Part shown: positions 12,001 to 19,659 of the stretch, one piece after another
Numbering within the stretch: the first letter of the stretch is position 1
Layout: each line of letters begins with the position of its first letter
Assembly: GCA_047639375.1 (NCBI GenBank)
Contig: JBLINZ010000001.1
Coordinates: 1-60,645, forward strand
DNA length: 60,645 nt
Source of the DNA: Mariniblastus sp.
GTDB lineage: Bacteria > Planctomycetota > Planctomycetia > Pirellulales > Pirellulaceae
Reading direction: 5' to 3'
The notes under the pieces: model-generated
Databases searched by the model: none
What the model saw: only the letters and a program-made list of their open reading frames with translations
What the model was told of the DNA's origin: nothing
Position numbers and translations under genes: made by a program

Positions 12001-12924
12001 GCGATCAGAACGACCCGTGGTTTCTACCGTGAACTGTCGATTACCGTGGTCAACGAGGGCATAAAACTTTTGAAATTCCGAGAGGACTGTCGGTTTCCCA
12101 TCACGAAGCTCGAAAGGGGGCTTTAACGGGCGCCCTCCGCTTCGATAGTAACGGTTTGTCAAAAGGTAAAGATCAAGATCACCGTCACGATCGTAATCAC
12201 AAAACGCAGGAGACAGGCTTGCGTCAACCAAGTCCAAACCAAACGCTTTGGCGCATTCAGAAAACTTGCCGGTTCCATCGTTGATATACAACGCGTTAGC
12301 TGTGTCGTAATTGCAAATGTAAATGTCGAGATCTTGGTCGTTGTCGATGTCGATTAAAGCCGCGCTAGCTCCCCAATCTTCACCTCCTCCAAGTCCGGCC
12401 GATTCGGTAATGTCCTGAAACTTGAATGATGCTGTTTGGCGAAACAAACGGTTTTGGTCAGGCCCATTGACCAGGAATATGTCAGGCCGGCCATCGCCAT
12501 CGATGTCTCCGATCGAGACACCACCGCAAGCAAATCCACCGTGATACAACCGCTTCATGGAGTGCTGGATATCCAACCTGCAGACACAATCAATTCCGCT
12601 TTCCTTTGGCGAGATTGATGTAAACGCTTGTTTGGGGCCGACCGATTTGGACGCCAGACGCTTGAGTACAACGCGTCCCGGAGTATCCGATTTTACCGGT
12701 GCGTCCGCCGCTGTGACACTCTCGACCTTGGAGTCAGCAGGGCTCACATCCACTTGCTTAATGGGTGCGGCGTTTTGCCTTGGCGCCTTCGTTCGGCTGG
12801 AGGCCGGTTTTTCAGATCGACACCCAATGAGGCACGCCAGCACAACTAAAGTTGCGGTCGTGAAGAAAGGAATGCACCAACGCACAAATAAGTTTGGGCG
12901 TGTCGCAATGAGTTGCGTTAGCAT
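9091..12924 (-). CDS. CRTAC1/ASPIC-UnbV FG-GAP repeat lipoprotein with duplicated propeller + ASPIC modules
   Basis: lipobox LIG-C; many DxDxDGDxDL repeats; two ASPIC-type domains (HFGLG..V.VRWPSG; FGLG..VNVRWPDG). Confidence 0.92.
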   Translation of the reverse strand: MLTQLIATRPNLFVRWCIPFFTTATLVVLACLIGCRSEKPASSRTKAPRQNAAPIKQVDVSPADSKVESVTAADAPVKSDTPGRVVLKRLASKSVGPKQAFTSISPKESGIDCVCRLDIQHSMKRLYHGGFACGGVSIGDIDGDGRPDIFLVNGPDQNRLFRQTASFKFQDITESAGLGGGEDWGASAALIDIDNDQDLDIYICNYDTANALYINDGTGKFSECAKAFGLDLVDASLSPAFCDYDRDGDLDLYLLTNRYYRSGGRPLKPPFELRDGKPTVLSEFQKFYALVDHGNRQFTVETTGRSDRVFRNDGAGKFTDVSADVGITQPGHGLSATWWDCNQDGWPDLYVANDFDDPDHLYLNNRDGTFSDVLESAFPHTSWFSMGADFGDLNNDALFDFFVADMSATTHYKQKTTMGAMNAKRLAHVAGPPPQIMKNSCFLNSGTDRFYEAAEMMGIADSDWSWAVKIADFDNDTRNDLFISNGISRNFNNSDKATKAQDLVGKTNWELYEDDPSHPEKNLVFQNRGDLMFENNSSNWGLDEVSMSYSCAYGDLDRDGDLDLIVVNLDKPPSLYRNDLDSGNSLLVTLRGTQSNAIGIGALVELETESGKQIRMLSPQTGFLSGNEPVIHFGLGDAEIVKKVTVRWPSGETQSASNVMANQNIEMHEPNSGSVTNSSLDLAIAKTRQFQPLALPRAAKHSELPFDDFAAQPLLPNKLSQLGPGIAVSDYDGDGDEDFFVSGAAMTAGQLMVNDGSGNFQPRQLPAFAADRYCEDMGAVWFDVDSDDDLDLYVVSGGVESLSKHYRDRLYLNDGQGNLSAAPDGSVPALTESGSCVCAADFDRDGDLDLFVGSRVTPNQYPTAPPSRILENQNGKLVDATQSLATDLLAAGMVTGALWSDANNDGWVDLLVTTEWGPVRYFENQAGKKLVEKTHDAGLSLRTGWWNGISGRDLDGDGDMDYVVTNFGLNTKYHASSKNPVMIYYGDFDGSGAKRLIEAEYENSTLFPIRGKSCSSNAMPHLKDKFDSYHKFGLSSLNEIYSNKCLEESDEFAANTLQSCALINNGAGQFELRPLPRLAQISPSFGSQLTEINGDGIADLILAQNFFSAQAETGRMDGGMSAVLLGTGDGSFESMSPTDSGIVVSGAAMSVALLQPVDSSGDGVIFGVNDGDVVGYLNQSGAPPRSENSNGRLRVILKGSTGNPNAVGARITVTTNAKSQTAEIHAGGGYLTQSSPQTVFGLGNSTEGFVNVRWPDGTENTVSFNDQSIITVNIKGD

Positions 12925-13425
12925 TTTGGTAAGTCAATTGTATAAAGGATGGGCAAGTTGGGCAGCAACGGAATCCAGCTGATGGATTGGTCGTCATTCC
13001 GTCCACCGATGATAGCATGCAGGAGAACTAATCCAACGGAAATTTGATCGTGAGACTTAAGCCGGCCAGCACATTCGCCCCTTAGCTTGGTGTGCTAACG
13101 ATCGACATCTCACATCCTCAGTTGGTAATGGGCAGATTAAATTTTGGAAGTGAACTCGCAAGTGATCGAGGATTGGAGATCGGTTGCAATATTCGGCGTC
13201 GGGTATTGTGCAATAAGCAGGTCTTGTGCCTGCGCGGATCCGCACACCGCAGTGGTAAAAACCCCCATTCTGACACTTGTTGCAAGAACCAGGCACCTAA
13301 TTGGCATAAAGCGCCCAAACACTTTCTCAAGGCATAGAGTTTGCAATAACTTCGGTCACGAACTGTGCGAACACTAGCTCGTACGTTTTTGAATCGACCA
13401 ACCCAACAAGTTACTGGATGAATAA

Positions 13426-13680
13426 ATGATAACCGTGAAAATTCTTGGATCGGGATGCGCAAACTGCAAACGCCTTGAACAACTCACAACCAAGGTTCTG
13501 AGTGAACTTGCTGTGGAAGCCAAAATCATCAAGGTGATGGATCCTACTCAGTATTCGGATTATGGCGTTATGGCGACTCCAGGATTGGTGATTGAGGAGA
13601 AAACAGTTTGCAGCGGTCGAGTTCCGTCACTCAAGGAGCTGATTGAGTTCGTAACTTCGGCAGTCGCTACCATTCAATAG
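13426..13680 (+). CDS. small redox-active disulfide protein 2 (MTH895/thioredoxin_3 family)
   Basis: VKILGSGCANCKRLE...YGVMATPGLVI...GRVPS. Confidence 0.9.
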   Translation: MITVKILGSGCANCKRLEQLTTKVLSELAVEAKIIKVMDPTQYSDYGVMATPGLVIEEKTVCSGRVPSLKELIEFVTSAVATIQ

Positions 13681-13722
13681 CGTTCCACGGAAGTTATACG
13701 AACATCGAATGAAGTTTCGAAC

Positions 13723-15192
13723 GTGGAAACAATTCTTGAATTTGTAGCAAGCGGCTTGGGCAATCTCGCTGCTTACTTGGCCGCACACGTGCTGCTTTGT
13801 TTGATGCCCGCTTTTTTGATTGCAGGCGCGATGACGGCCTTGATCCCCAAAGAGACCATCATCCGTTTTCTTGGACGCGACCGTCCGAAGATAATTTCGT
13901 ACCCGGCATCTGCAACAGCCGGATTCCTGTTAGCCGTTTGCTCATGTACCGTGATTCCACTGTTTGCAGGCATCTACAAAAAGGGGGCCGGACTTGGCCC
14001 CGCCATCACGTTCTTGTTTGTCGCCCCCGCCGTCAACATCCTGGCGATCTCGTACACCGGCAAAGTGATCGGGATGGATCTAGCGATTGCTAGGTTGGTT
14101 CTTTCGATTGTCTTCGGAATTGGAATCGGCCTCATCATGGCCAGCATTTTTCACAAAGAAGATCTGGAACATGAGCAAAACACTGATCTCATGTTCGCCG
14201 GTCAATCCTCGATGCGGCGTGCGGTTTTCTACTTTCTGTTTTTGCTCGTCGCGTTACTGATCGCGGGAACGTTTCAAATTGAGTTGCTAAAGCGAGTCTA
14301 TTTTCAATTTGAATTTCCGGCGAAAGGCGTCGAGCAATTTCAGACTTTCCTTCTTTAACTCGTTCCCTTTGACGCGGCCAAAGGCGAAGAAGGCGTCACC
14401 GCCCAAGGTGCAACCCTGATCGGTCTATTGGTACTGATCGGTATCACCGCATGGCGTGGTATCGAGAGCATATTCGATGGATTCAATGCTTGGACCTGGG
14501 GCTTCGTCGGTTTGTTCGGAGCCACCTTGTCATTTGCATCGCTCGGAATAGATCCACACGCAAACGGCGTGACTCTGATGTTCAGCGGCAAGTTCCTCAG
14601 CGTTTCCGCCCTCGTTGTACTTCTTGGCTGGATGCTGAAGACCCAATTGACCGAAGACGAGACACGCGATTTCCTCTGGGAGTCATGGCGTTTCGTGAAA
14701 CAAATATTCCCGTTATTGATCGGCGGCGTTTTTTTGGTCGGCGTGATCCGTGGCTTGATTCAACCAGAATGGATTCAGGCAGTCGCGGGCAAGAACACGA
14801 TTCTGGGAAATTTCGTCGGAGTCATCTTCGGGGTTTTCATGTACTTTCCGACATTGGTTGAAGTCCCCATCGCCCAAATGTTTCTGGATTTGGGAATGCA
14901 CCGTGGCCCGCTATTGGCCTACCTAATCTCCGATCCCGAACTCAGCCTGCAAAGCATCTTGATTACCGCTTCCATCATCGGGAAAAAAAAGGCCTGGGTA
15001 TACGTTGGCTTTGTCGCACTTTTCAGCACGCTGGCCGGATTGCTATTTGGCGCCTGGGTCGAAGGGACCAGTCTTTGGTTGGTCACCCTTTATCTATTCG
15101 GAATTTTGGTTTTCCTGGCCGTCGCCCTGCGGATCCTTGCAAACCAGCAACGTCCTGACGAATCATCGAAACCAGATTCAACCAGTCCTTGA
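13723..15192 (+). pseudogene. ArsP/DUF318 family permease with an in-frame TAA at 14356-14358
   Basis: AHVLLCLMPAF, LAVCSCTVIPLFAGIYKKGAGLGPAITFL, FMYFPTLVEVP; ORFs 13723 and 14428 are in the same frame separated by one TAA. Confidence 0.85.
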
Positions 15193-15488
15193 TTCCCAAT
15201 AACGACTTGCTCAGTACGCCTGGCGATCAATCTAGCAGGAGCAATTCAGAGGCATCGCACCATTTTAATCCCGAAAATCAAAAACTAAAACCGCCCCTAT
15301 TCCTCCCTCATTTTTCTTTTCCCAATCCAACGGGAGGGCTCGCAAGATTCGTGGGGCGGCTCAAGCGAGGTCGCAGAATCTGCCGCTTTTCATTCTTCAA
15401 TGGCGTCTCAATCGAGAAGGATCTACGACTGGGTTAAGTAAGAGTCGCGGCTCGACGAAGGTTGCCAACGCGACATTTCCCATTCCCG

Positions 15489-16409
15489 TTATTTACCCTG
15501 TTTGTGTTCGGCGTGATTTATAGCCGAATGATCGTGGCCATCGCCTTTTTCGTACCCGCTCGCCGCACCAGAAATTTGAGCATCAAGTTTTGCGACGTAA
15601 CCGGCAGGGTCAGCCTTGATCTTTTCGATGCATGGAGGACAGCAAACAAAAATCTTTCGGCCGTTGACAACCGTCGACTTCATGCTGGAATCCACCGGCT
15701 CGCCCATGACAGGGCAGACTTTTTGTGCAGTTGCCAGATTTGTTTGAATCGTTTTCCAATGGTCGGCATTCAACGGCTTGCCAACACAAGCTTTGCAGCA
15801 AAGGAATGCATGCTCCTCTTCACCGACTTTGACTTTGACCGGAGCGCCCATCGAGCCAAGTGCACCGCCAGACACGGGGCAGATCCCTTGGGCAGCAGCG
15901 TGCAGCAGATCGCTTTTGGCTTGACGTTCCGCAGTTACGAAAGAAACGTAACTGGCATTCACTTTTTTGAGAGAACCTTCGATGTCTGCTTGGATTTTTG
16001 GAATACATGGAGGGCAACAAACGAACACTTGCTGTCCGTTTACGACCGTAGATTTCATGTCGGCGGATACGGGCTTGCCCATAATCGGACAAGTGCCCTG
16101 GGCGGCCGCAATGTTTGCCTGAATCGTCTTCCAATGCTCAGCCTTGAGTTCCTTACCCTGGCAGCCTTTGCAACATAGGTATGCAATTTGTTCACCGACT
16201 TTGACTTTGATCGGTTCGCCCATCGCACCAAGTGCACCACCCGAAACTGGACAGACTTTCTGAACAGCGATTTGAAGGTGATCGGCGGTGGCCAATGCCC
16301 TTTTCGGTTGCTGAGCGTTGCTTTGCTGCTGGCGTTCTTGATTTTGTTGTGCAATCGACGAACCTGAAAGCAGGGCGATGACTGCAAGCGACGCGAATAG
16401 AATTCTCAT
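15489..16409 (-). CDS. secreted Cys-repeat heavy-metal-binding protein (four YHS/TRASH-like CPV..CC..C repeats, His-rich tail)
   Basis: signal peptide; CPVSG/CPIMG/CPVMG with LCCKGC/VCCPPC repeats; C-terminal HDHSAINHAEH; GGAGAG RBS. Confidence 0.85.
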   Translation of the reverse strand: MRILFASLAVIALLSGSSIAQQNQERQQQSNAQQPKRALATADHLQIAVQKVCPVSGGALGAMGEPIKVKVGEQIAYLCCKGCQGKELKAEHWKTIQANIAAAQGTCPIMGKPVSADMKSTVVNGQQVFVCCPPCIPKIQADIEGSLKKVNASYVSFVTAERQAKSDLLHAAAQGICPVSGGALGSMGAPVKVKVGEEEHAFLCCKACVGKPLNADHWKTIQTNLATAQKVCPVMGEPVDSSMKSTVVNGRKIFVCCPPCIEKIKADPAGYVAKLDAQISGAASGYEKGDGHDHSAINHAEHKQGK

Positions 16410-16510
16410 TAAATCTCTCCGAGTTAATTTATGGTTTAAGGTTGTGTCACGAAAACCAAATTTCCTGTCAGTCCTTCAGTCTGCGGTAAATTGACCGAGA
16501 GCTGTTCCTG

Positions 16511-16539
16511 TTTGGATGCAATCAACTCGATCATTCTTC
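16511..16539 (-). promoter_or_regulatory. putative ECF sigma promoter GAAGAA-N14-GCATCCAAA
   Basis: minus strand reads GAAGAA-tgatcgagttgatt-GCATCCAAA; same boxes and spacing as 18218-18246. Confidence 0.65.
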
Positions 16540-16583
16540 ATCGTGGGTTGCCAAACTTTGACAAATTTTACTGATGGCCATGC

Positions 16584-17423
16584 TTGGACGCCTCTCATGC
16601 TCGACTCGTTCCCGTGGAGGCTGTTAGAGACGTTTTAGTCCAAGGTCTTGGCGCCGAAGATTCTCAAGTTCGATTCGTTGCTGCAAATGTCTTGGCGGAA
16701 AAGTCGCCCATGGAGTTCGGGGATCGAATCATTGGATCACTGAAGGCAATGACGTTACAGAACTCGACCGAGAAGGTCCAGAGAGCTGTTTTGTTGATGA
16801 AACTGGGCGATGAAAAAGCGAAACACGAAGTCTCGCACTGGGCGGAGCAACAATTTAACAAGCTTGATCAGAACGACTGGGAAGCCAAGTTGTCCGCCCT
16901 TCGAGCCTTGCAGGCAGAAGGCAACAAAGTCGCCGAACAGGTTCGATCCATCGTAGTCAGCAAAGCTCCGGCATTTGTTCGCGTTCAGGCCGCAGGATTG
17001 TGGGCGGAAGAAGATCTGCACGAGGCGCTGCCTCACATCAAGATATTCATAAAATCATCGAATCGCTACTCTGCCGTAGCCTTGCTGGCCGATCTGGCTC
17101 CCAAGCAGTCGGTCGTCGAATTCAGAAAGATCATTGTTGATGCTAGGGAAGACGACGAAATAACGGTGCTGGTAACCCACCGCGGCTTGTTGCGAGCGGG
17201 CGAAACCGCACACCTAACAGAAATTCGAAAATGGGTTGAACAATCAGCGAAGCAAACAGTCGACGATTCCATTAAGATCATTGGTATCTACTTGCTTGGC
17301 GAACTTGGCCTGAACGAAGACATTCCCCGTTTGGAATAATTGCTTGGCACAAAATTTGAAGTTGCTGCTGCCAGTACGCTCCTTCGAAAATTCGCTTACA
17401 GCACCCAATCAACCGACAAATAA
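16584..17423 (+). pseudogene. HEAT-repeat protein, 5' start unclear, in-frame TAA at 17337-17339
   Basis: helical repeats (QVRFVAANVL, FVRVQAAGLW); the frame continues past TAA as LLGTKFEVAAASTLLRKF.. to 17423. Confidence 0.5.
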
Positions 17424-17451
17424 ATCGCTTCTAATTAAACAGGTACAAAAA

Positions 17452-17844
17452 ATGAAAACGTTTTTTTCGCTCGCATTATTGTTTTGCCTGAGTTTCTCAC
17501 TTGGCTGCAGCTCGGAATCTGAGACGACCAATCTCAGTAAGAAGGAACGGGAAGCTGCATCCACAAAGCCGGTCGCAACATCAACGGCGATCAAGTTCAC
17601 CGATCAGATCGTCGGGGCGTCTTGCGGTCAGTGCCAGCTTGGAATGGATGGCAACGGCTGCGACCTGGCGGTTCGTATCGACGGCAAGACCTACTTCGTC
17701 GACGGCAGCTCCATCGACGATCACGGCGACGCCCACGGCGACGACGGCCTTTGCAACTGCATCCGCCAGGCAAAAATTACGGGTGAAATCAAGGGCGGAC
17801 GCTTGGTGGCGACAACGATTCAGATATTGCCTCAGGAGAAGTAA
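17452..17844 (+). CDS. DUF6370-like Cys/His-rich lipoprotein
   Basis: lipobox SLG-C; ASCGQCQLGM..GCDLAVRIDGKTYFVDG..IDDHGDAHGDDGLCN. Confidence 0.8.
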   Translation: MKTFFSLALLFCLSFSLGCSSESETTNLSKKEREAASTKPVATSTAIKFTDQIVGASCGQCQLGMDGNGCDLAVRIDGKTYFVDGSSIDDHGDAHGDDGLCNCIRQAKITGEIKGGRLVATTIQILPQEK

Positions 17845-18217
17845 ATCAATCGCCGTGTTCCGAGTTTGCCGACCCACGTTTTTGAACGCATTGCAAACAA
17901 CAAGAAGCACGAGGCATCGACTTCCATTTTGCAGCATGGGTCAATTGCCATCTTTAATTCCAGCAAATTATTAAACAATGCGAAACGACAATCTGTATTT
18001 TTGCCGCAAGCGACTTACGACATGCGTCGTCGTGAATAGTATTGCTTTAATGCAAATCAATTGCCTTTTCTTCTCGAAAAGCGGAATGTGAGCGAATCGC
18101 CTCGAAACTGATTCGTACCCGAAGCCGTTGTATGGCGTAGTCACTCCAAATCACACCCACGGGCGATTCAAACCAACCTTGCGTGCGACGAAATCACAAA
18201 AATGTTCGTTTCATCGA

Positions 18218-18246
18218 GAAGAAACTCCGGACCAACCGCATCCAAA
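18218..18246 (+). promoter_or_regulatory. putative autoregulatory ECF promoter GAAGAA-N14-GCATCCAAA
   Basis: GAAGAA-actccggaccaacc-GCATCCAAA, 15 nt before ATG 18262; second copy at 16511-16539. Confidence 0.65.
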
Positions 18247-18261
18247 GGATATCACTCGACG

Positions 18262-18813
18262 ATGAGTACTGAGCAAACATCGAAATCCGATCCATTGGCT
18301 GACGTTGTTCAGCTTTGTAAATCGGGTCGGCGCGATGCTCAACAAGAACTGTACGAAGCGTGCCACCAAGACGTGTATGGATTGATGGTCCGCATGGTGG
18401 GCCGACAGGACGCGGCTGATGTGACTCAGCAGGTGTTTATGCAAGTCTTCCGCAAGATCGACCAGTTTAAAAGCCAGTCAAAATTCAAAACGTGGTTGTA
18501 CCGGTTGGCAGTCAACGAGTCACTGCAACACCGACGAAAGAACAAACGAAAACAACAAGTGCTTGTTCATGACCCAGTCGATGAACGACCGTCGTTGGCT
18601 CGACAGCGAGAAGCCACGGATGTGTTGGAGGCGGCACTAGAGCGGCTGGAGCCATTGTTGCGTTCGATCTTTCTGTTGAAAGAATCGCAAGGACTGTCGT
18701 ACCGGGAAATTGCCGAGGCGACAAATATTCCAGAAGGCACCGTCGGTTCGCGATTGAATCGGGCTCGCAGTCAATTGCGTGAACATCTGATTGAACTCGG
18801 ATGGGAACAATAA
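18262..18813 (+). CDS. ECF RNA polymerase sigma factor
   Basis: region 2 DAADVTQQVFMQVFRKIDQFKSQSKFKTWLYRLAVN; region 4 LSYREIAEATNIPEGTVGSRLNRAR. Confidence 0.95.
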   Translation: MSTEQTSKSDPLADVVQLCKSGRRDAQQELYEACHQDVYGLMVRMVGRQDAADVTQQVFMQVFRKIDQFKSQSKFKTWLYRLAVNESLQHRRKNKRKQQVLVHDPVDERPSLARQREATDVLEAALERLEPLLRSIFLLKESQGLSYREIAEATNIPEGTVGSRLNRARSQLREHLIELGWEQ

Positions 18814-18815
18814 CT

Positions 18816-19634
18816 ATGAACTGTTCTGAAATCCAAAACCTGATTTCCGCTTACTACGACGATGAACTATCGGCGGAGTTGGGGGCAAATGTCGACGCGC
18901 ACCTGCAAAACTGTAGTAGCTGCGCAGCTGAGCTGGCAGGATTTAAACATTTGAGTTCCTTGGCTGCTGGACTGGGCACGCCGGTGGCTCCGACGGCTAT
19001 CTGGTCTGCCGTAGCTCAGGAGTTGGACAAGAATCAACCAGAGCAAAGAGTTGTCGCTCGTTCCGTTTCAATGAGCCGCCACGCACTATTTAAGTATGCC
19101 GCTGCTTTGGCAGCGACTGTGGTGATCGGATTCGTTGGATTCCAGTTGTTTTTCCACGGAGATCATAATCACGAGGGAATGACCAAAGCGATGGAACAAG
19201 TCGCCAGCGATCTAGACGCCGATGGCGCAACGACGTTATTGCTAAACAAATTTGGGGGCAGCGAGGTTTCGGCGAATGAAGCGATCAGACAGGTTGGTTA
19301 TCAACCAATCGCCAGTAGGGGCCTTCCCGCCGGATATTCGGTAGAGGGCATGCAGGTTCTCAACATGCCATGTTGCAAATGTACACAAACCGCTTGTAAA
19401 CGCCCCGACAACACGCGATTCTTTATTTATGAACATGACAATGAAGATACGGGCTGGTTCGAGCATCAAATCAAACGTCAGTCGGAATGCTGTGGCAAAA
19501 CGTGCCAAATCGTTGAGTTGAACAGCCGACTCGCCGTAACCTGGCAAAAAGGAAACCGGCATATCACACTGCTGGGAGTTCGCGACGAGGAGGAAATCGA
19601 ATTACTCGTAAGTCGATTCGAAGAGAATTCATAA
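18816..19634 (+). CDS. zf-HC2 anti-sigma factor with TM helix and His/Cys-rich extracytoplasmic domain
   Basis: MNCSEIQNLISAYYDDEL..HLQNCSSC; TM helix; HGDHNHE; MPCCKCTQTAC; ECCGKTC. Confidence 0.9.
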   Translation: MNCSEIQNLISAYYDDELSAELGANVDAHLQNCSSCAAELAGFKHLSSLAAGLGTPVAPTAIWSAVAQELDKNQPEQRVVARSVSMSRHALFKYAAALAATVVIGFVGFQLFFHGDHNHEGMTKAMEQVASDLDADGATTLLLNKFGGSEVSANEAIRQVGYQPIASRGLPAGYSVEGMQVLNMPCCKCTQTACKRPDNTRFFIYEHDNEDTGWFEHQIKRQSECCGKTCQIVELNSRLAVTWQKGNRHITLLGVRDEEEIELLVSRFEENS

Positions 19635-19659
19635 CCTAATGAACTGAAAAGAAGTAGCC

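Noticed and set aside
13057-13425. ArsR regulator expected upstream of the thioredoxin/permease pair
   Set aside because: None of the six-frame ORFs shows an ArsR HTH motif
14356-14358. Recoding (Sec/Pyl) at the in-frame stop of the ArsP-like permease
   Set aside because: The codon is TAA, lies in a non-catalytic loop and has no Cys-motif context; treated as a nonsense mutation or error
15462-16178. 238-aa plus-strand ORF and other long antisense ORFs (e.g. 22553-23209, 39344-40105, 41995-42714)
   Set aside because: Shadow frames opposite well-supported genes, with no recognisable motifs
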